The notes under the pieces: model-generated
The model's input: the letters and a program-made list of their open reading frames with translations, nothing else
What the model was told of the DNA's origin: nothing
Database searches by the model: none
NCBI GenBank assembly: GCA_048886185.1
Contig: JBHLKY010000017.1
Location: 1 to 32,000 of the forward strand
DNA: 32,000 nt
Direction of reading: 5' to 3'
Source of the DNA: Candidatus Hermodarchaeota archaeon
Lineage (GTDB): Archaea; Asgardarchaeota; Heimdallarchaeia; Hodarchaeales; Hodarchaeaceae
Translations under genes and position numbers: made by a program
Part shown: positions 7,455 through 16,439 of the stretch, in pieces
Layout: every line of letters begins with the position of its first letter
Numbering within the stretch: the first letter of the stretch is position 1

Positions 7455-10400
7455 TTGCTTTCCATTTTTTCACCTTTTCTGTTCCTTAATTCGAACGATT
7501 TGAGTGATCAAAATCAATTTCATGAAGTAAAAACTCTTCTTCCAGCACTAGAGAATACTGAAGAAAATTTTCAATCAGAATCTCTGATAAAACTCCCATC
7601 TCTAGCCATTCAACACATTCAATTCTCCAATATTAACATTTTATTCATTGTTGGAGATGAAAACTCACCAGACCCATTTCTTGATCAGCCATTCTACAAT
7701 AATATTACAAATTTAGGGATGTCTGTAATTTATCATGATGCCAATAACTCATATAATTATTCGGATTATGATGCGATAATTATTTCAGATTCAATTGATG
7801 AGGTAGCGATCCCTGGTTCTGTGGATTCTTTAGAAAATGCTACGATTCCAATCCTTACCATGGAACCAAAGACTTGGAATATATTTAGTCTCGGAAATAG
7901 TTATGGAGTATCAATAGCAGATAATAAATTGATCGATGTGCTTGATAATTCATCCTATATCACGAATCATTTACCTCTTGGCCCATTAAACATATCAACT
8001 GATCCTAATGCAGATAAAAATTATCTAACTGGGTTCAATGCAGTACCTCCTGAATCTAATGTTATAGGTTTAATTCGTCCTACATATAACTTTCCTTCTG
8101 AGAAATTCTACAGATCACTAGTAGTTTTAGATAAAGAAGGTGTAGATTGGAGTGGAATACAAAGAGCTCCAGATCGTAGAGCTTTCTTTGGTTTTAGTAC
8201 TGGTCCATCTCTCAATCTAGAAGGGTGGAAATTATGGAATAAAACTTTAAAGTGGATTCTCTATGATGATTATCTTGGAAATGCCAGTATAACAGTAAAT
8301 GTAATAGATCGTAATTATGAAAGCATTTTTAATGCCACTGTTACACTTAAAAATAGTTCCACGAACATAATTCAATATACAAACGACACAGGGAGTACTG
8401 TTTTTAATAATATTTCTTGGGGACAGTATAATATTACAGTTGACTTCGAAGGTAATACTGACAATAATTTGACATTTATCGAGATCGTACCAAATCGTAC
8501 TTATCATCAAACAGCACAATTTACATTTAATGTACAATTACCATTTTATTTAGATATTATACCACCGTGGTTTTTCAATATTCATTTTGACAAAGATCTG
8601 AGTCAAGGAACATTTTACGCTGAAGTAAAGGATGAAAATTTAGTTGAATCTTCTGTAACTCTTAATATCACCGCCATTAACTTAACAAGCGGATTAATAG
8701 TTGTTGAAGAGAATTTCACGATGGTTCAGCAAATAGGAAATACGTTTTATAATGACACAGCGCTTGATACTATAATTGATATAAGTAATATCAGTATTAA
8801 GTATAATATAATTGCAGAGGACACAGCTGGCAACATTAATAAAACTCAACTTATTACATTTTTCTTGAGTGACCCTGACCCTCCAATTATTCAGGAGGTG
8901 AATGTAACTGATTATGGGGATGGAACATTAGATTTTTATGCAATTATTACCGATGAAAGTGGAATTCAAGATGTATTATTGCAGCTTAATGGAACTTTCC
9001 ACTACATGAATCTTAATGAATCAGGATATTGGATACATCGTACACAAGCATATTTTGGAGTTGTATTGAATTATACAATCTTTTCAGTCAATGATACAGT
9101 TGGTAATGAAAATGGTTCTAAGATTCCAAGTTTTCCAATGACTCCTGGTTATATCACTGTTTCTGATACTACTCCTCCCCAACTAGAATGGAGAAACGTC
9201 ACCAATGACAAAGGATTGGTAGAATGGCAAATCAGACTATATGAATCAACGATTTTTCAAAGTGGTCTCGATATTAATAGTGTTAATATCACAATCTCAG
9301 TCAATTATGGAGTAAATCTTACATATCCTATGATTAATCTTGGGGGGGATTACTTTTATTTTTTTGGAACTTACACTTATAATGATATAGTCGAATTCTG
9401 GATTAATGCTAGCGATTTAGCTGAAAATAGTCGGGTTGATTACGGAATTATTGAGATTAATGACAGTGCTATTCCAGAAGTGGCATATAATGCGATTGAC
9501 CTCGGAAATGGGACTGTAATATTCTATGTGACAGTTGTGGATTGGCCCAATAACATTACTACAGCCTTTGTTTATGAAAACTCTACAGGAATTTGGGTAA
9601 AATATAACATGACTCAAATTAATGATAATCTACATACCCGAATATGTAGAGATTTTACTTATTCTAATAGAGATCTATTCTATTATGCTGAGGCTATTGA
9701 TGAAGCAGGAAACAATAATTCAATAACTCAAATTAAACAATTAATCTTGACTGACCTTGTACCTCCTGAGATAGATTTTACCGTTGAGAATTCTCTTGAA
9801 ATAGATGGTCAAATCAGAATTCAAGCATTGGCGATTGATAGCTGGGGAAGTTCACAATATGTCATAAATCCTTTTTATGTTAATATAACAGAACAAGATC
9901 TTACCACAACCTATGAAATGGAACAAGAAGTAGTATATTATGTTTCAACACATAATTTTCATGTCTCTGATCAGTTAACGATAACTATATGGACTTATGA
10001 TGATGCAGGAAACCAAGGGCTGACCACTAAATTAGTAATAATCGATGATTTGGCACCCCCCAAAATTATGAATCCCGATGCAATTATCTACCAAAATGGC
10101 ACAGTTCTTATTTGGGCTGAAGTTGTAGATTATGGAAGTGGGCTAGCTAACGACAATTCTTCCGTTACAATCAATTATAATGACCCTTCTTCTTATAGAT
10201 ATAACTCTACAATGATATGGAATGGAACTGGAAATTTTTATACCTTTTTAACATCAGGATATGGCCCAGAACAAACATTGATATATATTATATATGCTAC
10301 TGACAAAAATAATAATCCCAGCAAAACTGATCCAATATTTGTACCTATTATTGATTTAACTCCACCAGTTTTCAATAATTTTAGTTATTCACAAAAATTA

Positions 10401-12290
10401 GTTGATCATACGACTACAAAACTCTCCTTCTGGGCTAATGTCAGTGATCCTTTTGGGAATATTGAAGGTGTTAACCTTACTCTGAACTATTTAGACAAAT
10501 CTCAATGGTTTAATCGAACTTATAAGATGAATTACAATGGATCACATTATATTTCTTCATTTGAGCTGATCTGTGATCACTATTTTTGTTTTAGTTTGAA
10601 GGTTTATGATGAAGCTTCGAATGCCCTTAATTCTCCCTTATTAGAAAATTGGACTTTAGACTTTTTCCCAACAACAGCACAAGGATATGGGGTTGAATTT
10701 AGAAGCACAGTACAATTTACTGGAAAAGCTAGATTTTGGATTAAAATTAATGACATCTTTGAAGAGCATACTTTTCAGGATCATACTCTTATATTGTCTG
10801 TGATAGATGAAACTCTTGGTACACAAATTATAAATCAAGAAGCAATGAATTCAAATGATACTCACCACATCTTTGATCTATCTATTGAGTATATGCATAT
10901 TTTCTCCTATACAATACAAGTGATTGATGATGGAGTTATAGGAGGTTTCTACGATCCTTATCAATATACTAATTCTAGCCAAATGCTTGATTATTGGAGA
11001 CCGATTATTACTAAAAGTGAAATTACTGAAATCAATGATACAGCTTTCTTAGTCTGGGCTAATATCTCTGATTGGGGTTCAGGAGTCAAAAATGTAACAC
11101 TATATTATAAATTCTCTCCATTTGAAAACAACGGAGGTTCTGGGAGCCAGTTTGAAAGCAAAAAAATGGAATTCAACGGAAGTTATGGAATTCAATGGGA
11201 GATATATACCATAGAATTAAATTCTATTGAATCAGCAGAATTACTCTGGTATATTGTTGTTTTCGATGATAACCTCAGCTCAACCTCTGAAGAAAGGACT
11301 TATAATCATATAATACCACCGGAACCTTTCTTAGGTTTCAATCTTACACAAACCGTTATAATTATTCTAATAGTTATAGTGGTTTTAATCTCAACAGTAA
11401 TTACTTTATTTTCTGCAGTAAGAATGTATCAGAAGAAAAGCAGTGCCAGATACCAAAAAGTAAAAGAATTTGAGGAGAAATTATCACTTGTATCCAATGT
11501 TTATGCCATATTACTTAGTACTGATGTAGGTGTCCCAGTTTATACTGTGACGAATGTTGTGTATCAAAGGGATAAATCATTGAGTGATGCGCTAAGCGGC
11601 CTTTCTGTTGGCATTGATTCCTTCCTTCAATCATTCCAATCAGATTTCTTGAATCATGTTCAACAACAGGAGTCAGAGTACTATGTTGAGACCAGACTGG
11701 ATGAAAAAATACGTATTAGCGTAATTGAACAACAAAAATTCCAGATTTTAATAGTAGCATCAGAATCTTTCAGATTATTCGTGTTTCTAAGAGAGAAACC
11801 ACCAGCCTTTGCTAGAGATGCATTTTATCAGGCCATTAAAGAGATTGAAAAATGGATTCATATACCAAATTTGGGGATTGTTGATGAATCGATGTATAAA
11901 ACCCAAATCCAGAATATTATCAGTAAATACTTCCCTCTTCCTCTTCTATTACCCTTCACTATCGACCTAGTTAAATTGAAAACCATTGAGATTGAAGAAA
12001 AACACGGACTAAGACCAGTCCAAATTTCACAAGTAGGTATCAACGCACTTAAGCGACTAACGGTCGTTACAACATTTTCAAAAACGAAGACCATTGATGC
12101 TTATGCAGAAATTCAATTATTTGACAGTGAAATGCATAAAGGTACCATGAAAAAGACTAAGAGACTGTTATTCAATGATGCTAAGAAAGTCATGACAGAA
12201 GTGCTTAAAATCCCTCCTGAAGATATTTATGAAGCTCTGTGGAAAGGCAGTTCTGCTGAGGTTGGATTAATTGAATCTCATGAAGAATAA
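7455..12290 (+). CDS. Large single-pass surface glycoprotein: Ig-like repeats, one TM helix, cytoplasmic longin-like domain
   Basis: About 9 repeats marked by D-x-x-P-P-like motifs roughly every 290-330 nt (about 8553-11000). Many N-x-S/T sequons. TM VIIILIVIVVLISTVITLFSAV at about 11355-11420. Cytoplasmic VYAILLSTDVGVPVY...DALSGLSVGIDSFLQSF is longin-like. The real start is probably upstream (see findings). Confidence 0.85.
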   Translation: MLSIFSPFLFLNSNDLSDQNQFHEVKTLLPALENTEENFQSESLIKLPSLAIQHIQFSNINILFIVGDENSPDPFLDQPFYNNITNLGMSVIYHDANNSYNYSDYDAIIISDSIDEVAIPGSVDSLENATIPILTMEPKTWNIFSLGNSYGVSIADNKLIDVLDNSSYITNHLPLGPLNISTDPNADKNYLTGFNAVPPESNVIGLIRPTYNFPSEKFYRSLVVLDKEGVDWSGIQRAPDRRAFFGFSTGPSLNLEGWKLWNKTLKWILYDDYLGNASITVNVIDRNYESIFNATVTLKNSSTNIIQYTNDTGSTVFNNISWGQYNITVDFEGNTDNNLTFIEIVPNRTYHQTAQFTFNVQLPFYLDIIPPWFFNIHFDKDLSQGTFYAEVKDENLVESSVTLNITAINLTSGLIVVEENFTMVQQIGNTFYNDTALDTIIDISNISIKYNIIAEDTAGNINKTQLITFFLSDPDPPIIQEVNVTDYGDGTLDFYAIITDESGIQDVLLQLNGTFHYMNLNESGYWIHRTQAYFGVVLNYTIFSVNDTVGNENGSKIPSFPMTPGYITVSDTTPPQLEWRNVTNDKGLVEWQIRLYESTIFQSGLDINSVNITISVNYGVNLTYPMINLGGDYFYFFGTYTYNDIVEFWINASDLAENSRVDYGIIEINDSAIPEVAYNAIDLGNGTVIFYVTVVDWPNNITTAFVYENSTGIWVKYNMTQINDNLHTRICRDFTYSNRDLFYYAEAIDEAGNNNSITQIKQLILTDLVPPEIDFTVENSLEIDGQIRIQALAIDSWGSSQYVINPFYVNITEQDLTTTYEMEQEVVYYVSTHNFHVSDQLTITIWTYDDAGNQGLTTKLVIIDDLAPPKIMNPDAIIYQNGTVLIWAEVVDYGSGLANDNSSVTINYNDPSSYRYNSTMIWNGTGNFYTFLTSGYGPEQTLIYIIYATDKNNNPSKTDPIFVPIIDLTPPVFNNFSYSQKLVDHTTTKLSFWANVSDPFGNIEGVNLTLNYLDKSQWFNRTYKMNYNGSHYISSFELICDHYFCFSLKVYDEASNALNSPLLENWTLDFFPTTAQGYGVEFRSTVQFTGKARFWIKINDIFEEHTFQDHTLILSVIDETLGTQIINQEAMNSNDTHHIFDLSIEYMHIFSYTIQVIDDGVIGGFYDPYQYTNSSQMLDYWRPIITKSEITEINDTAFLVWANISDWGSGVKNVTLYYKFSPFENNGGSGSQFESKKMEFNGSYGIQWEIYTIELNSIESAELLWYIVVFDDNLSSTSEERTYNHIIPPEPFLGFNLTQTVIIILIVIVVLISTVITLFSAVRMYQKKSSARYQKVKEFEEKLSLVSNVYAILLSTDVGVPVYTVTNVVYQRDKSLSDALSGLSVGIDSFLQSFQSDFLNHVQQQESEYYVETRLDEKIRISVIEQQKFQILIVASESFRLFVFLREKPPAFARDAFYQAIKEIEKWIHIPNLGIVDESMYKTQIQNIISKYFPLPLLLPFTIDLVKLKTIEIEEKHGLRPVQISQVGINALKRLTVVTTFSKTKTIDAYAEIQLFDSEMHKGTMKKTKRLLFNDAKKVMTEVLKIPPEDIYEALWKGSSAEVGLIESHEE

Positions 12291-12315
12291 ACATAGATTT
12301 GATTTTTACACCCTT

Positions 12316-13605
12316 TTAGCTCTGAATATTCTGCGCTGTCAATTCTAATAACGCATCAATTCTAGTCCATGCTTGTTCTTCACTGAAGTTACGATTATCA
12401 CACATATCTCCTTCGATTATCACACCAGGTTTTCCAGTTTTCTCTGTTACTTCCCGTCGCGTTATTGGTTGCCCTAAGGAATATCTTTTGCAGCTTCTCA
12501 TCGAGTGATAAAGAATGCCGTCACACTCGTATTCATTAACCAAGGAAGTAATTAAGTCAATTTTATGTTGAAGAGTCTTATTTAGATAGATATTCGAGTA
12601 AATGACCGCAACATCATGTAATAAATCTCCTGTCTCTGTGAATTTTTGAGACCAGGCTTGTGTGTATGTATCAACAGGAAAAACTACACCTTTTGCAGAA
12701 AGAGAATTGAAGAATTCATATAAATTGAACCAAATTGGGATATTATCAAATAATAGCCGATATTTCTCAGGAACAGTTATTGCGCCAAGTCCTTTATCAA
12801 CCCGTTGTTGAATCTCTGATAAAACTTCTTCATAGACCTGCACAATCTCAGGAACACCTCTTTGAGATACCACGGGTGCCATTAATAAGAATCGATCTGC
12901 ACAATTTAGTGGACTAGGCTTAGTTTTGCAGAGTTGTAGAATTTGGGTCCATAACTGAGTAGTATGACGAGAACATTTCATCGTTTCAATCATCCTTTCT
13001 TCATCCATTTTTCTACCCATTTGATCTTCTAGAAATTTGATAAAATTCTGCAATTGAGAAGTGAGGTAGTCGATATAATAGCTAGGAATAGTGTCACTCA
13101 TTAAAGGAGGAGTGTCAAATAAGAACAAGGGAATCTTGAAATATCGAGATAAATCCTGATACCATTTTAACACAGTTCCACATATATTATTCCCTGCGAT
13201 CAGCATGTCAGGTTGAGCTAATCCTCCCACACCATCAATCTCCGAAAGAGGGGTTGGAGGATCGGGAGAAAAAATACTTCCAAAAGAGGTACGAGCATAA
13301 GCACAGAGATCAGGACTATACCCCTTACTCTCTGCTACTTGAGAAAGGCGTGTCGAATCCTTTGCCGCTCCTGCGATAGCACCATACTGTTCAGGATATA
13401 ATGGTACAATATCCATTGCAATTAGGAATTCTACCGGCGCCCCCGATGTAACCCATGCAATTTTCTTCCCCTCATCATGTAGATAAGGATTTTTACTCAT
13501 AAGATAATACATGGCTTGAGAGTTTTTGACACTCTGTAAACTTTCAAGACGACGATACACACGTTTCTTTTCCTGTTCGCTAGACATAATTTTCATCACC
13601 TTCAA
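12316..13605 (-). CDS. 2-hydroxyacyl-CoA dehydratase / benzoyl-CoA reductase-type subunit (HgdA/FldB/BcrB-BzdO family)
   Basis: KKIAWVTSGAPVEF, GYSPDLCAYAR, NNICGT, DGILYHSMRSCK, IEGDMCD.R.FSEEQ..TRIDA. Confidence 0.88.
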   Translation of the reverse strand: MKVMKIMSSEQEKKRVYRRLESLQSVKNSQAMYYLMSKNPYLHDEGKKIAWVTSGAPVEFLIAMDIVPLYPEQYGAIAGAAKDSTRLSQVAESKGYSPDLCAYARTSFGSIFSPDPPTPLSEIDGVGGLAQPDMLIAGNNICGTVLKWYQDLSRYFKIPLFLFDTPPLMSDTIPSYYIDYLTSQLQNFIKFLEDQMGRKMDEERMIETMKCSRHTTQLWTQILQLCKTKPSPLNCADRFLLMAPVVSQRGVPEIVQVYEEVLSEIQQRVDKGLGAITVPEKYRLLFDNIPIWFNLYEFFNSLSAKGVVFPVDTYTQAWSQKFTETGDLLHDVAVIYSNIYLNKTLQHKIDLITSLVNEYECDGILYHSMRSCKRYSLGQPITRREVTEKTGKPGVIIEGDMCDNRNFSEEQAWTRIDALLELTAQNIQS

Positions 13606-14711
13606 TGTAACATTTCAACAAATGCAGAAAAACGTGTTTGTATCTGCTGGACATTTGATAAACGAGGAGAGGTCTCAAGATTTAGGTAAGGAATATCGAG
13701 ATCTTTCAATTTATTTTGAATAAAGACAAATTCAAACGAATCAGGATCGCAAAATTTAATTCCAAGGAATACCACTCCATCAACTTTATGACTATTTAGA
13801 GCTTTTTCCAGACCTACCCAGCGTTTTTCCATATCATATGCTGTAGGATCAGGAGTCCTTTCCAGGTATGCTTTAGCATATCCCTGTAAGAAACCGCTTT
13901 GTGGCATTGAAAAGTGAAAATTCCGTGTTCCAAAAGATAAATCGTCAGCTACGATATAATTATCAAACTCAGGAACCTGTTCAAATAAACGATAGTTATC
14001 AAACATACCCCCAGTAAGAAGGAGACGAGGATTTTCTGATATAGTTAACTTACTTGAATTAATCTCAATCTGTTCAATTTTTCCGTTAAAATAGGAATTA
14101 ATAATCTCTATGGGAAGAATATCTCCAAGAAGTAAAAGTTTAAAATAATCTATAAATCTCAACTTCCTCTCTGAAACTAAGCTAGCTAGTTTCTGAAGAT
14201 TAACACGTTTTATATTGTATAATTTAATACTATTCAGCAGAGTAAAACCTTCAGTATTTTCAGGAAACCGTTGAGAGAGATTTTGAATTAAGACGTCGAA
14301 CTCATTTTGTAAGTAGTCAATAGCTGCCTCAGAATCTGTTAAAACAGGAAAAGTGAGATTATATGTCCAGTGATCGGGAAAAACTTTTCTCCAGATGTCA
14401 GAGAGGTTCTGTAGAGAATCACAAGTACCCGTGGAAAATATGACTCCATCAAGAATTGTATAACCTTTGTTAAGGCCAATATCCATGATGTATTGTAACC
14501 AAGAACAAGCGAATTTTTGAATATAGCGTTCGGATGCTCCCTGCACTGCTGGACCTATGGATAATATCCGAGTGGGGATTATATTCAAAGCATGGAGAAT
14601 TTCAACAGGAACTCGGTTAGTAAAATAGCCTAAAAGAGGTTTACCTTGATGTTGTAAAACCTTTAACGAATCGGTGTAATTTTCTAAAAAAAAAGAGGGC
14701 GTATAATTCAA
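13602..14711 (-). CDS. 2-hydroxyacyl-CoA dehydratase / benzoyl-CoA reductase-type partner subunit (HgdB/FldC/BcrC-BzdN family)
   Basis: LGYF..RVPVEILHALNIIP, FACS, GTCDS, IVADDL..G.R, DGVVF...KFCDP, QIQTRFSAFVEML. Overlaps the next gene by 4 bp. Confidence 0.88.
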   Translation of the reverse strand: MNYTPSFFLENYTDSLKVLQHQGKPLLGYFTNRVPVEILHALNIIPTRILSIGPAVQGASERYIQKFACSWLQYIMDIGLNKGYTILDGVIFSTGTCDSLQNLSDIWRKVFPDHWTYNLTFPVLTDSEAAIDYLQNEFDVLIQNLSQRFPENTEGFTLLNSIKLYNIKRVNLQKLASLVSERKLRFIDYFKLLLLGDILPIEIINSYFNGKIEQIEINSSKLTISENPRLLLTGGMFDNYRLFEQVPEFDNYIVADDLSFGTRNFHFSMPQSGFLQGYAKAYLERTPDPTAYDMEKRWVGLEKALNSHKVDGVVFLGIKFCDPDSFEFVFIQNKLKDLDIPYLNLETSPRLSNVQQIQTRFSAFVEMLH

Positions 14712-14809
14712 AATAAGGCCCTTTTCATTATGTCCTATTATTTTGGCTTTGGATGTCTGATCAAATTCTTTTATTTTATTTATCTTAGTTATTCTAGATC
14801 ACCTATCTT

Positions 14810-15613
14810 TTATTTCACTGACATTCCACCATCAATTACTACATACTGTCCAGTAATATTTGAAGATGCTTCAGATGCTAAGAAACATACAGCTGCTTTT
14901 ATGTCAGTAGGTTTATTGAAACGATGTGTTGGGATCATTTCAATGAGAGTTTCTCTCATGGGGCTAAGTTCATTAGTGAATACTTTAGCCATTGTGTCTC
15001 CCTCAATAAACGAAGGCGCAATGGCGTTTACACGAATATTCCACTTACTCCATTCTATTGCTAGCTGTCGTGTTAATCCTAAAACACCGGCTTTGGAAGC
15101 AGAATACCCAATCTGACTACCAACTTCCACTCCTTGAAAAGCTAATGTACTACTGATGTTAATAATTGTACCCCCACCTTTGGGAATCATAAGTTCATTT
15201 GCAACTTCGCGTGTGAGAAGGAAAAGTCCAGTAAGATTTGTATCAATGACTCGATGCCAGGTTTCTAGTGTTTGATCTATTGTAGGAGCATTCCAAGTAA
15301 CTCCTGCATTATTAACCAGTATGTCAATTCGGTCTACATCATCTTTTATTTTCTTTATCAATGATTTAACTTCTGATTCATTTGAAACATCACATTGGAC
15401 TGCAATAATCTTTGCACTAGGGAATAAATCTGATAATCGATCCTGTTCATCTTCTAATGAACCATGACGCCCTCTACCACATAAGATCAATGTATTGGCT
15501 CCTGCTTCTAATACACCTTCATTTATAGCGGTACCTAATCCTTTGGCACCTCCTGATACCAATACAACCTTTTTAGTGAGCTTGAATAAATCTAATACAT
15601 GAGCGGAATTCAT
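14810..15613 (-). CDS. Classical SDR oxidoreductase (gluconate 5-dehydrogenase-like), copy 2
   Basis: SGGAKGLG, DILVNNAG, NISS, YSASK, RVNAIAP, ITGQ..VIDGG. Confidence 0.92.
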   Translation of the reverse strand: MNSAHVLDLFKLTKKVVLVSGGAKGLGTAINEGVLEAGANTLILCGRGRHGSLEDEQDRLSDLFPSAKIIAVQCDVSNESEVKSLIKKIKDDVDRIDILVNNAGVTWNAPTIDQTLETWHRVIDTNLTGLFLLTREVANELMIPKGGGTIINISSTLAFQGVEVGSQIGYSASKAGVLGLTRQLAIEWSKWNIRVNAIAPSFIEGDTMAKVFTNELSPMRETLIEMIPTHRFNKPTDIKAAVCFLASEASSNITGQYVVIDGGMSVK

Positions 15614-16392
15614 TTTGAAATGTATCCTCCATCAACAGGGATTATTGTACCAGTGATATACGAACTTGCTTGACTGGCTAAAAATACAACTGGCCCTTTC
15701 AACTCCCAAGGTTTCCCAAATCGTCCAAATGGATTATCAGCTAGTAATTGCTCGCGATACGGACTATCATCTCCTGTGAAATGACGAGTCATGTAAGAGG
15801 GAAACCAACTCGGAGCAATAGCATTTACACGAATACCATAAGAAGCCCACTCAATCGCTAATTGTTTTGTTATACCAATGACTCCTGCTTTTGATGCAGA
15901 ATAACCAGAGATTCCTATTTCTCCACCAGTCATTCCAGAGATGCTTGTAATATTGATTATGGAACCACTTCCCTGTGGAATCATGAACTCTTTAGCTACC
16001 TCTCGTGTTACAAGAAATAATCCTGTTAAGTTTGTCTCAACAACCATATTCCAGCGATCTAAAGGTAATGTTTCCGTTTCATGCCCCCAGGAGACACCTG
16101 CATTGTTAACAAGAATATCTATAGTAAAATCTTTATCACTTAAGGTGTGAACAAGGTGTATAACCTCTTCTTCAATACTCACATCACATTTTTCTGCTAA
16201 TATTTCAGAACCAATTTTTGCGAGATTAGAAGAGGCTGATTCAAGTGAACCATGTCTCCCTCTGCCACAAATCGCAATTGCTGCTCCTGCTTCAGCTAAT
16301 CCCTCCGCCATTGTATAACCAATACCAGTTGCTCCTCCTGTTATTAAAGCTTTTTTTCCTGTCAAGTCAAATAAATGTTTAACATTTTTCAA
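15610..16392 (-). CDS. Classical SDR oxidoreductase (gluconate 5-dehydrogenase-like), copy 1
   Basis: TGGATGIG, DILVNNAG, YSASK, RVNAIAP, YITG.IIPVDGG. Overlaps copy 2 by 4 bp. Confidence 0.92.
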   Translation of the reverse strand: MKNVKHLFDLTGKKALITGGATGIGYTMAEGLAEAGAAIAICGRGRHGSLESASSNLAKIGSEILAEKCDVSIEEEVIHLVHTLSDKDFTIDILVNNAGVSWGHETETLPLDRWNMVVETNLTGLFLVTREVAKEFMIPQGSGSIINITSISGMTGGEIGISGYSASKAGVIGITKQLAIEWASYGIRVNAIAPSWFPSYMTRHFTGDDSPYREQLLADNPFGRFGKPWELKGPVVFLASQASSYITGTIIPVDGGYISK

Positions 16393-16439
16393 TTGTGGTT
16401 AACCTCATAAATAAGGCGTTTAATCCAATATCTGAATTA

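Noticed and set aside
8553-11000. CRISPR array or DNA-level tandem repeat
   Set aside because: The periodicity is visible only as diverged protein repeats. I saw no identical nucleotide repeats with spacers anywhere in the window.
12316-14711. Firm assignment as benzoyl-CoA reductase (aromatic degradation)
   Set aside because: The family includes several dehydratases, the activator subunits and other aromatic-pathway genes are absent from the window, and motifs alone cannot fix the substrate.
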